A stretch of DNA of 64,000 nucleotides. Origin: Promethearchaeia archaeon. GTDB lineage: Archaea > Asgardarchaeota > Lokiarchaeia > Sigyniarchaeales > SOKP01. The notes below the pieces were generated by a model. That model saw only the letters and a list, made by a program, of their open reading frames with translations, had not been told where the DNA came from and ran no database searches. Location: assembly GCA_029856125.1 (NCBI GenBank), contig JAHQWJ010000147.1, positions 12,509-76,508 on the forward strand, given 5' to 3'. This document shows positions 55,315 through 64,000 of this stretch, in pieces. The position numbers were made by a program, and so were the translations under genes. Every line of letters starts with the position of its first letter. The stretch's first letter is position 1.

Positions 55315-55899
55315 TTAATTTGAGATGAAATTACCTTCTATCTTTAATAAGCTCCTTTTTAGATTAATTTGCCAATCTTCTTCCATATGACCCATAAATC
55401 CTCCGAGTTTCCTATCTTGTCTTATAACTCGATGACAAGGGATTATTAAAGGTAGCGGATTATTTCTAAGAACGCCTCCTACAGCGCGGAAAGCTTTTGA
55501 ATTGATGCTTTTTGCTAATTCTGAATAAGTAGTTATCTCACCCGGTTTAATTTTTAGAAGAGCTTTTAACACTTGTTCAGAAAATGGAGTACTGAATTTA
55601 CCATCGAGATCAAAAGAAATACCTTTATTCTTCAAAGAATTGAATAAATCTATTTTACCATCCTCCAAGTATGCGTTGATAATACTTTGAACTTCCAATA
55701 ATACGGAATATTCATTTTGATTATTTTTGTCAAAGATTTTTAGTTTATTATTGTCAATCTGATTCAAAATATCGGATTCCTCTTTAAAAAACTCAATCTC
55801 CTTCAGTATTATAATATTCTGAGTGGTCTTATACTCGTAAAGAATGTATATATATGGATCAATAACTTTTGGTTTAAAATAATAAACGGGAATTTCAAT
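55315..55899 (-). CDS. ogt: Methylated-DNA--protein-cysteine methyltransferase
   Basis: TYSELA, RAVG, NPLPLIIPCHRVI. The ORF-track start is TTG 55767, but the frame is open a further 44 codons to ATT after a GAGGT SD (true start uncertain). Confidence 0.85.
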   Translation of the reverse strand: MEIPVYYFKPKVIDPYIYILYEYKTTQNIIILKEIEFFKEESDILNQIDNNKLKIFDKNNQNEYSVLLEVQSIINAYLEDGKIDLFNSLKNKGISFDLDGKFSTPFSEQVLKALLKIKPGEITTYSELAKSINSKAFRAVGGVLRNNPLPLIIPCHRVIRQDRKLGGFMGHMEEDWQINLKRSLLKIEGNFISN

Positions 55900-56092
55900 T
55901 AACCTCTAATTCTTTAAAAATAACAAATTCATTAGTAGATACAATGTAGTTATCATTTCGATAAGTATATAAATTGTATCTATTATCTGAATAATAACAA
56001 TATATGGTTTTAATGGTTAAAACATTAATAAATATATTACTATAAAATTGATGAATTAATATTAATTTAATTTTAAAAGTGAGTAAAAAACC

Positions 56093-57130
56093 ATGCCTGA
56101 CGATCTTAAAAACGTAATCGATGGAATCGAATCAAGCGAAAAAGAAACAGCAGTACTTCAAACTAAGATTGATAGATTACAACAATTGCTCGAGAAGCAA
56201 AAAAATGTTATCCAGAGCCTTGAGGAGGTTATCGAAGAACAAAAAATTAAAATCACAAGAATGTATGATGTTCCAGAAGACGTGCTTGAATTAAAAGAGT
56301 TAATAGGAACTCAAAGAGCTCTGCTTAACGAGAGAGAAAACGATTACGATCTTGCGAAAGGTGAAGTTCTGGCAATTAAAAAAGAGTTAGAGTTTATGCA
56401 AAGACAAAACGTACCAGCTATGAAACGATTGGATGAAAGCTTTGATCAAATTGGGAACTTAAAAGCGGAGTTAGCTGAAAAAAAGTCAGAATTAATTCTA
56501 AAAGACAGCAACGTTAAATCTTTAGAAAATAAAGTAAAGGAACTTCAAGCTTTCGCTGATAAATTGCAATCCGAGCAAGTCAAACTATTAACTGATATGG
56601 ATCAGAAGTGGAAACAAGAAATCGAAAAACTTAGAAATGATCAAATCGAAGAAAAAAAAGAACTTATGGGCAAAATATCAGACTTAGATACGTTTCTTTT
56701 AGATAGTAAATTGGTGTCAACTGAAGCAAGCTCAGAAGCTAAAGACTTAAAGTCTAGATTCTCTGAAATTCGTGATAGACAAGAAGAATTAATAAATAAG
56801 TTAGAAGACGCTTTAGAGAAAAAACGAGAAGCTGACGAAGCCTTAAGAAATTCGAAATATGAAATGGAAGATCTTCAGGAATTTAAGAAAAACAACCTTA
56901 AAAAAATTAATTATTACGATAAATTAACAGCTCTAATGGAACATGAAGCTCAATTTAAAGCGTTTTTAATTGTAGAACAAGTAGGATCAATGGCTGTTGA
57001 AGATCTACGAAATGCGCTTGGTTCTCCCATTGTACTTGTCAAGAAAATTGTTCAGAATTTACAAGATGTTGATTTGTTCGAAATTAACGAAGCAGGAAAA
57101 ATTGTTGTTAAAAAACAAGAAGAAGCTTAA
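56093..57130 (+). CDS. Long coiled-coil protein with C-terminal winged-helix-like domain
   Basis: Heptad-rich E/K/L sequence for about 280 aa, then GSMAVEDLRNALG...VKKIVQNLQDVDLFEINEAG. Confidence 0.7.
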   Translation: MPDDLKNVIDGIESSEKETAVLQTKIDRLQQLLEKQKNVIQSLEEVIEEQKIKITRMYDVPEDVLELKELIGTQRALLNERENDYDLAKGEVLAIKKELEFMQRQNVPAMKRLDESFDQIGNLKAELAEKKSELILKDSNVKSLENKVKELQAFADKLQSEQVKLLTDMDQKWKQEIEKLRNDQIEEKKELMGKISDLDTFLLDSKLVSTEASSEAKDLKSRFSEIRDRQEELINKLEDALEKKREADEALRNSKYEMEDLQEFKKNNLKKINYYDKLTALMEHEAQFKAFLIVEQVGSMAVEDLRNALGSPIVLVKKIVQNLQDVDLFEINEAGKIVVKKQEEA

Positions 57131-57175
57131 CTTGAACTTTTTTCTCTCTTATTTCTAATCAAAGACCTTAAAGTA

Positions 57176-57553
57176 TTAGATTTTAGCTAAATCTTTATAG
57201 AGGTTAGGTAGAAGCTTTAAAAACTTACTATCCTGAGTTTGGTCGAGTATTTCAGCTGCGATAGTTTTTAAAATTTCTCTATATTTACTAGGTTTTTCAT
57301 CCCTTCGTAATAATAACGCAACGACATAATTTTCCACACTTATGTGGTCATCTCCTACACCAGAGAAGAAGGAAACAACTTTATTGTTCTTTAAGCTTAT
57401 CGATGCGAATCCTGGCTTTAAGCTTTGATATCGATGTGACGAATACACTTGGGTAAGCAAGTTATTTGTAATTTTAAGGTTATCTGGATAAAAACCTTCA
57501 TTTATTGGACCAATTTCATTATCCCAACGAATTATAAGAATTCCGACTGGCAA
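57176..57553 (-). CDS. Longin/uDENN-like domain protein
   Basis: GILIIRWDNEIGP...YP N-terminus, typical of uDENN/longin-like folds. Confidence 0.55.
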   Translation of the reverse strand: MPVGILIIRWDNEIGPINEGFYPDNLKITNNLLTQVYSSHRYQSLKPGFASISLKNNKVVSFFSGVGDDHISVENYVVALLLRRDEKPSKYREILKTIAAEILDQTQDSKFLKLLPNLYKDLAKI

Positions 57554-57868
57554 AACATTAACCTCTAAGATGTCTATTAATTTACTTATTTTGTTTTATT
57601 ATAAATTTAATATCTTGTTATTATTTATTTATTTTTATTTTTAGAATGTGACTTGTAACTTGTTCATTCATTAATAGTTCCTTACTAATTATAAAAATGA
57701 TTTAATACCTAGATATTAAAGAGTAAGCAAAGGATATTTAGAAACCTATAGCTAAGGTAAAAATTTAAATTAAAACTAAAATTTCTCAATAGTACACTTA
57801 AAACCTATTAGATTTAATAAAAAACACCTTATTTTTCTAATTCAGTTGATATCAACCTATAAAATTTT

Positions 57869-57988
57869 GGCGGGATTACCGAGTCTGGTCAAAGGTCTTT
57901 TGGTTTAGAAGGGTCAAGACCGATTAGAGGTGCTGGACTTAAGATCCAGTGGCAAAGGCCTTCGGGAGTTCGAATCTCCCTCCCGCCA
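57869..57988 (+). tRNA. tRNA-Leu(TAA) with 35-nt intron at position 21/22 (57893-57927)
   Basis: GGCGGGA/TCCCGCC acceptor, CTGGA-CTTAAGA-TCCAG anticodon arm, long variable arm, BHB motif in the D arm. Confidence 0.9.
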
Positions 57989-58089
57989 CATTCTTTTATT
58001 TTAAAATTTTACTTCAATGAAAGAATAAAATTCATATTTTCATTATTTCTTATTTAATAGTAATTTAAAATAATTTAATAGGGATTGAA

Positions 58090-59391
58090 ATGAAATTAAT
58101 TGAAATTATTGGTTTAGAAGCAAAACATGCAAAACTTTTAGAGAAAGCTGGTATAAAGGAAGTCGAAGATCTTCTCTCTCTTAGTTACTATCAGATCAAA
58201 CAACTGGCAAGAAGCATAGGAGTTGCGGTGAAAACTCTTGATACATGGCAAGAACACGCAGATCTAATGAGGATTGATGGTGTAACCCCAAAAATAGCGA
58301 ATGCCTTAAACCTAATAGGGATGGATTCCGTCAAGGAATTTGCTTATAGAAATGCTAAAAATTCGTTTGAAAAATTAAAATTACTGAAAAAAGATAATCC
58401 GGCCGTTCTTACAAAAGTACCTACATTAAAAGCTATAGAGAATTGGATTGTGGAAGCAAAAAAATTAGCGGATGTGCCTAAAAAAGGGGAAAAGGTTAAA
58501 AAGAAGCCCATTCCTAAGGAAACGCAACCGCCTAGAGAGACTCCAGATTCAACTATACCAATCATACCAAACTATAAACCTTTTGAACAATTTGAAAAAG
58601 ATTACGGGAAATATGGACCTGATTATTGGAATGATAAATGGGATACTGCCCCCATCATCTATACAGGACGAGCGTTAAGAGGGGAGTCCTATAACAAACA
58701 AATTGATGTAGATGTAAAAGCATTTATTAAGAAAAACGATGCTATTCTATGGCACGTCTTAACTCAACTTAATTTAAGAAAAGACACTCCTAACGACACA
58801 GCTTTATCAATCCAAAATTTTGTATGCAATTTTCTTAAGTACAAATACGACGATATCGCATCAGAATGCCCCGAATTCTGGTTATTTCCCTTTGAAGCTA
58901 TTCAATCTGAGATTGGTGATTGTGAAGACGGAGCAATCTTAATTGCAAGCTTATTAATTAATGCAGGAATACCTTCGTGGAGAGTAAAAGTATGTGCAGC
59001 CCAAGTTATGGCGGACCCTATCTTTGCACCATCAGACACAGAATTAGGAGGCCACGCGTATTGTATTTATTTAGCGGATCGCCCAGATTCAGAACGAAAA
59101 TTAGAGTGGGTAATATTAGATTGGTGTTATCTGCAGGATCCAGAAATTCTAGTTGCAGAGAAGCCATTAGCTCGAAATGGAGGGACTGAGGGTGCTTATC
59201 GAGAAATTTGGTTTACATTTAATGACCTTCACTCGTGGGCTCAAAGTAGTTTTGAAGTTGGGTCACGGATTAGTAAGAATCGAACAACGCAAAAAGACGA
59301 AGTTTTAGCTCCATTAGAAGATATATTGAAAAGTTTAGCAAGCGATACAATTGAGAAAATCTTTGAGAAACTAAATATCGACATAGAATAA
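58090..59391 (+). CDS. DUF4332 (HhH) domain fused to a transglutaminase-like cysteine protease domain
   Basis: WQEHADLMRIDGV (DUF4332-like), GDCEDGAIL, GHAY, ILDW catalytic triad. Confidence 0.75.
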   Translation: MKLIEIIGLEAKHAKLLEKAGIKEVEDLLSLSYYQIKQLARSIGVAVKTLDTWQEHADLMRIDGVTPKIANALNLIGMDSVKEFAYRNAKNSFEKLKLLKKDNPAVLTKVPTLKAIENWIVEAKKLADVPKKGEKVKKKPIPKETQPPRETPDSTIPIIPNYKPFEQFEKDYGKYGPDYWNDKWDTAPIIYTGRALRGESYNKQIDVDVKAFIKKNDAILWHVLTQLNLRKDTPNDTALSIQNFVCNFLKYKYDDIASECPEFWLFPFEAIQSEIGDCEDGAILIASLLINAGIPSWRVKVCAAQVMADPIFAPSDTELGGHAYCIYLADRPDSERKLEWVILDWCYLQDPEILVAEKPLARNGGTEGAYREIWFTFNDLHSWAQSSFEVGSRISKNRTTQKDEVLAPLEDILKSLASDTIEKIFEKLNIDIE

Positions 59392-59477
59392 TTGTAATAG
59401 CCAGAATAGTATCATTCTATTCATTTTTTTTTGAAATTAAAAAATAAAGTATAAAAAAAGAAATTTCAATAAGAGAG

Positions 59478-60104
59478 TTATTCTTTCTTTTCTGTCTCTT
59501 TAAGCATATTTGCCCCACAACCTGAACAATATAAGGCAATTCGTTCGATTTCAGAACCACATTTCTCACATTTCCTCTTATATTTTAGAGTTGAAGGAAT
59601 TGTTTCTACTACGGTTTCTAAGATTTTTTTAATTGAATTTTGGACTTCGATAATTATCTCTTCCTTTTCCTCCTTAGGATGAGATTGAATATAAATCGAT
59701 GAAAGTTCAATTAGAACGTTTCGAACAAAATTCAACTGGTCTTCAAAATTTTTATTAACTTTTGTTTTTAATATATGTTCTCCTGCTTCTGTTAATGAAT
59801 ATACTTTGCGAATTGGCCCTATAGGACTTTTAACGGGACGAGAGTAAAGAAAACCATCTCTCTTCAATTTAGAAAGAATAGGATAGACGGTTCCTGACTG
59901 AGCTTCCCATGTTCCAGCAAAATGTTTGTTCAGATTTAATATTAAATCGTAACCAGCTAGTTCTCTACAATTAAAAACAGTTTCTAGTATTGTAAACTCT
60001 AAGGGCGTCAATTTATATTTCTTAATGCCTTGAAATAGTTCTTTTTGTATTTTGGATCCTAAATCTTTTATATCTTCAAAATCCAAGAATTTTCCTAACC
60101 ACAT
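59478..60104 (-). CDS. PadR family regulator with C-terminal zinc ribbon
   Basis: GYDL, GTVYPILSKL, RKVYSLTEAG; CEKC...CSGC. Confidence 0.88.
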   Translation of the reverse strand: MWLGKFLDFEDIKDLGSKIQKELFQGIKKYKLTPLEFTILETVFNCRELAGYDLILNLNKHFAGTWEAQSGTVYPILSKLKRDGFLYSRPVKSPIGPIRKVYSLTEAGEHILKTKVNKNFEDQLNFVRNVLIELSSIYIQSHPKEEKEEIIIEVQNSIKKILETVVETIPSTLKYKRKCEKCGSEIERIALYCSGCGANMLKETEKKE

Positions 60105-60126
60105 TCGATTTTAAGCCTCGAGGAAC

Positions 60127-60669
60127 CTATTTTTTAAATTTAGATTTCATTTTTTCTATTTCTCTTTCGATCGCTTTTTCTCGTTTCGATTTTTCTATTC
60201 CTTCTTTGTCAACTTTACTTCTAAAGAAAATCACATGAACGGCGATATGTATTAATAAACCAGTGCCCCAAAACACTAACGGATATAAGAACCAAGTAAA
60301 CGCGGTGTGTTCTATAAGCAATACAAAACTAGGATAGTAAACCTCATTATAATAAAAAATAACAAATAAAAGCAAATTCACAAAAATATAAGCGACAATA
60401 TGAAAGATCACGCTTCTTTTAGTGTTTGGGTAAACCCCCTTTGCATAGATTATATACGCAGTTACATGTTCAGCCACACCAATTAACCAGCCAAATAATG
60501 GATAGATTATCCACCAATAATATGGTGTCGTCAAACTATTTATAAAAAGTATTAAAATCATTACAATCAGATAGATACTAACGTGTAATCTGACAGCAAA
60601 TCTATAGACAACTTTTTTTTTAGCAATTTCTCTTAAATTTTCTTCTGAAAATCCATCATAACTTTCCAT
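60127..60669 (-). CDS. 2TM-domain membrane protein
   Basis: Two repeats of H..Y..VN...W..(Y/F)P..(G/F)W. Confidence 0.7.
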   Translation of the reverse strand: MESYDGFSEENLREIAKKKVVYRFAVRLHVSIYLIVMILILFINSLTTPYYWWIIYPLFGWLIGVAEHVTAYIIYAKGVYPNTKRSVIFHIVAYIFVNLLLFVIFYYNEVYYPSFVLLIEHTAFTWFLYPLVFWGTGLLIHIAVHVIFFRSKVDKEGIEKSKREKAIEREIEKMKSKFKK

Positions 60670-60890
60670 TGGAATACTTCTCCATGTATTTTACAATCTA
60701 AGAAGTTAAACTTAGATACTTGTATAATTAATAATTACTATATTATTTAAACTTGTTGATTCTACATAGTAAATGTTAATTCTACCTACTGATGAAACAT
60801 ATTATTAAACATATTAAACTGGTTTTTAGTTGGAAAACCTTTTAATACTCGAAAAAACACTAAATCTCAATTCATTATCTAATAACGAAA

Positions 60891-61538
60891 ATGTCGATAT
60901 TATCTGATTACTTAGATAAACTACTGGAATGGGATGACCGAGCGTTCCTTAGCTTGTATAAGAGCGATTTTTCTAAAAGAACAAAACAATTTGCGAAAAT
61001 TTTCAGCTTTTTAGGTTCGTTATATTTCTGGAGTATTATCATTGTAGTATGGTTCTTCTATGGCTATGTTACAAAAGATTATTATCTTCTTGTGCTATTT
61101 GTTTCAGGATTTGAACAATCCTTAATTCTTCATGTAATTATTCGGTATGGATTAATTAGAAGGAATAGACCTTACATCAAACTTAAAAAAGAAGGCGTTA
61201 AAAGACATGATCAATTTATACGAATTCCATATTTAATGTCAGATTCAGACGAAAAATCATTTCCTTCGGGACATGTGACTTTCTTTCTGCTATTTGGAAT
61301 TCTCCTTGCTTATTATTTTAACAGTTGGCCAATTTTTTTCATATTCTTTAGTTTAGATATTATTATGGGGATTTCTAGGGTTATTTTGGGAGTACATTTT
61401 CCTACTGATATTATCTTCGGATTCATTTTCGGGTTTCTCTACGCCTTATTATTTCTTGGATTGACTTATATCTATTGGGTTGAGTTTTACTTTTGGATAG
61501 GTCCAATCTTTTCAGAAATTTTTCATTTCTGGAGATGA
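60891..61538 (+). CDS. PAP2 family phosphatase
   Basis: RNRP, SFPSGH, SRVILGVHFPTD. Confidence 0.9.
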   Translation: MSILSDYLDKLLEWDDRAFLSLYKSDFSKRTKQFAKIFSFLGSLYFWSIIIVVWFFYGYVTKDYYLLVLFVSGFEQSLILHVIIRYGLIRRNRPYIKLKKEGVKRHDQFIRIPYLMSDSDEKSFPSGHVTFFLLFGILLAYYFNSWPIFFIFFSLDIIMGISRVILGVHFPTDIIFGFIFGFLYALLFLGLTYIYWVEFYFWIGPIFSEIFHFWR

Positions 61539-61568
61539 AGGTTTTATTAAGAATAAGAAAAATGAAAA

Positions 61569-62096
61569 TTAGAACCAATCTATAAATTCTTCAAGAGCTC
61601 TTCTTTCTCTTTCTTCTTTTTTTTCAAGAGCTTCGTCAATTAAGCCACAGGTGATGACTCCCATGAGTTCGAATTTTTCAGGAGAAAGCTTAAAAATCTC
61701 ACTTACATGTTCTTTATTTTTTAAGATTTCTCCAATCCAAACCGCACCTAATCCTTTTGCGTGAATGGCTAATAGTAAGTTTTCAATAAAGGCTCCCATG
61801 GCTAATACATCTTTAGTTCGATCGTATCCCCGCTCGTGATCTAAGAAAACTACGAAATTTAAATAAGCACTTTCGATAATCCCGCCATACTTAGACTGTT
61901 CTGCTATTAATCGCTTTACAGTTGGGTGAGAGACTATGCAAACTTTCCATGGTTGACTATTTCTGCCAGAGGGGGCCCATCTTCCGCCCTCTAATATTGT
62001 TCCGATGGTGTCGTTGTCAATTTTTTTATATACGAAATTTCTCACGGATTTTCGAGATTTAATTAAGTCTATTAAGTTGTTTGTTTTTGATTCCAT
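61569..62096 (-). CDS. Nitroreductase family protein
   Basis: RKSVRNF, APSGRNSQPW, GLGAVWIG. Confidence 0.9.
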   Translation of the reverse strand: MESKTNNLIDLIKSRKSVRNFVYKKIDNDTIGTILEGGRWAPSGRNSQPWKVCIVSHPTVKRLIAEQSKYGGIIESAYLNFVVFLDHERGYDRTKDVLAMGAFIENLLLAIHAKGLGAVWIGEILKNKEHVSEIFKLSPEKFELMGVITCGLIDEALEKKEERERRALEEFIDWF

Positions 62097-62135
62097 AGTT
62101 TAAGAATTGTGTTTTCCATAATTTAAGAATTGTGT
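62091..62135. repeat. Tandem direct repeat (22 nt, 23-nt period) covering the nitroreductase start codon
   Basis: TTCCATAGTTTAAGAATTGTGT (62091-62112) and TTCCATAATTTAAGAATTGTGT (62114-62135), 1 mismatch. Confidence 0.85.
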
Positions 62136-62199
62136 AAATATAACACTAACTAAAAGAAAAAGAAAAAGAAAAAAAAATGTTTAAGGGTGTTTATGCTTA

Positions 62200-62727
62200 T
62201 TATTTCGATTTATTTAAATCCGCAGCGTCATCTTCTAAAACATCGTAGTATTCAATATCCATTAATCCACCAGTTCTATTTTCTGCCCACTTAACCTTTA
62301 CGGGCATTCCCACATAAGTGTCTTTAAAATCTATTTCTGGATTTAATTGGGTAATAATGGCTGTATCAGCTCCATCTTGCTGCACTAGTACCGTAGGCTT
62401 TTCTTCAACTTCTCCAGTTTCAGGATTTTTAAGGTAAACGATAGCAAAAGTTGCAACTCTTCCAGTTTCTCGTAAATCAACCCATTGATCTGGTTTTACT
62501 AAACATTTTCCACAAACTAATCTAGGAGGGAAGAAAACACGGTTACATCCTGAACATTGATTTCCTACCAATTTTTTGTCTTTCAATTTTTTTAAGAAAT
62601 GACTAGCATGAGAAATGTTGAATTTAAATTTGTAACTTGCTAAATACCAATTAGCTGGCATTGTTCGTGTCCTCACATAGTCTTTTTTAATATAATCGAG
62701 AGATTTTCTTTGCGTTAATTTTGACAT
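62200..62727 (-). CDS. DUF35 Zn-ribbon/OB-fold protein (thiolase partner)
   Basis: CSGCNRVFFPPRLVCGKC, VGMPVKVKW. Confidence 0.88.
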   Translation of the reverse strand: MSKLTQRKSLDYIKKDYVRTRTMPANWYLASYKFKFNISHASHFLKKLKDKKLVGNQCSGCNRVFFPPRLVCGKCLVKPDQWVDLRETGRVATFAIVYLKNPETGEVEEKPTVLVQQDGADTAIITQLNPEIDFKDTYVGMPVKVKWAENRTGGLMDIEYYDVLEDDAADLNKSK

Positions 62728-62732
62728 TCAAT

Positions 62733-63983
62733 TCATCTCCTCCATTTTCTTTGTGGTTCGTCAGACATCACCATCAAAGTACATAAGTTTAGCGAACCCC
62801 CCCAACCGTGTCCTATTGAAGTATGCACCGTCTTAGGAACTTGATTATCCGCTTTGCCCATTATTTGAAGAGCTGCTTCTGCGGGTCTTTCCATTGCTGA
62901 TGCTCCAATTGCATTTGTCGAATTAACTCCTCCAGAGCAATTTATTGGGAGTTCTCCCTTTAGCGCAGTAACTCCAGTTTCATACATTTTAGGTGCAGTA
63001 GTTTCTTCAAATAAACCAAGTTTTTCAACCCACATAAGTTCTTGATTAGGGAATGGAGAATACACTTCAGCGTAATCTATTTCTTTTCTTGGGAAAGAGA
63101 TACCTGCTTGAAAATAAGCTAACTCAGACGATTTCATAGCGCCTATTTGATCTGAGGGATCAATCTGCCCCGTACCGCTCCCATCGTATCCAAGAACTGC
63201 AGTTTCATTAGCTACGCTAGCTACTCCATTGACGTAAACAGGAATTTCGCACATATCTTTTGCTTTTTCTTCAGTTGTAAAAAGCATAGCACATGCTCCA
63301 TCTGAAGCAGGACAGACCATACCATACCTTAATGGGTAAGATATGTAAGGAGTGTCGAGTACTTCTTCAACTGTGAGGTCAGGCATTTTTAAATGGGTCC
63401 ACCACGTTTTAGCAGCGTTGTGTCTATTTTGTACGACTACTCTTGCTAAATCTTCTTCTGTAATTCTAGTCTTGGCCATGTAGTTTGTAGCTTGGTACGC
63501 TGCTACACCTATTGCAGCTCCCGCAGATAATAGGCGCGATAATTGGTCATACGGAATACCTAATGTGTTTAATACAGAGATTTCACCATAAGCAACGCTT
63601 GCAAGACCAACACTTGTATCTCCCTGAGATTGTTGTTCAAACGCTATTGCTAAAACCGTATCAACTTTCGGTAAACCTGCTGCAACTGTGTAATACCCTG
63701 CTATTGCTACCGTCCCTCCCGTCGTTCCACCAGTTGTTACTCGTAACAAGGGTTTATTCCTTGCCCCCATCCAATCGGTCATCCATAATTCTGGCATATT
63801 TGAACCCTCAAATGCTGGCATATTGCCGTTTACAAACGCATCAATATCACCAAGTTCTACACCAGGTGCATTTTTCAAACAATCTTCAACTGCTTCGCTT
63901 ACTAATTCTGCCATATTAACATCAGACCTTTTTGAAGCGTGTTCGCTAAAACCAGCTGATGCTATAGCTACTTGTCTCCCCAT
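62733..63983 (-). CDS. SCP2-type thiolase-fold protein lacking canonical catalytic residues (Ltp3-like)
   Basis: CPASDGACA, EVYSPF, PINCSGG; TTGGTTGG and STNAIGAS at the catalytic Cys and His positions; GGAGGT SD. Confidence 0.8.
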   Translation of the reverse strand: MGRQVAIASAGFSEHASKRSDVNMAELVSEAVEDCLKNAPGVELGDIDAFVNGNMPAFEGSNMPELWMTDWMGARNKPLLRVTTGGTTGGTVAIAGYYTVAAGLPKVDTVLAIAFEQQSQGDTSVGLASVAYGEISVLNTLGIPYDQLSRLLSAGAAIGVAAYQATNYMAKTRITEEDLARVVVQNRHNAAKTWWTHLKMPDLTVEEVLDTPYISYPLRYGMVCPASDGACAMLFTTEEKAKDMCEIPVYVNGVASVANETAVLGYDGSGTGQIDPSDQIGAMKSSELAYFQAGISFPRKEIDYAEVYSPFPNQELMWVEKLGLFEETTAPKMYETGVTALKGELPINCSGGVNSTNAIGASAMERPAEAALQIMGKADNQVPKTVHTSIGHGWGGSLNLCTLMVMSDEPQRKWRR

Positions 63984-64000
63984 TTTTAATTACCTCCCTC

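Overview
AT-rich (~30% GC by eye), gene-dense archaeal chromosomal segment. It is most consistent with an Asgard archaeon of the Lokiarchaeia type, based on aCPSF1, proteasome beta, an EF-2 paralog lacking the diphthamide motif, four ITPK1-like kinases next to inositol-1-phosphate synthase, and longin-like, PCI/winged-helix and GIFT-domain proteins. It holds about 50 CDS, three tRNAs (Gln-CTG, Gly-CCC, and Leu-TAA with a non-canonical 21/22 BHB intron) and no recognisable mobile element or CRISPR array. Two intergenic RNA candidates that the ORF track misses stand out. The first is a ~170-nt pseudoknotted RNA at 10689-10858 with its own TATA-like box and U-tract terminator, which matches no family I recognise. 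The second is a dual-guide C/D-box-like sRNA at 16749-16855 whose two guides both point at wobble position 34 of tRNA anticodon loops. Other highlights are an inositol-polyphosphate gene cluster (23957-30329), a Zn-finger/winged-helix-repeat/appendage-domain protein, a Par14-like parvulin, and probable non-AUG starts on both alkyl-DNA repair genes. All calls come from reading motifs by eye; no database searches or folding programs were run.
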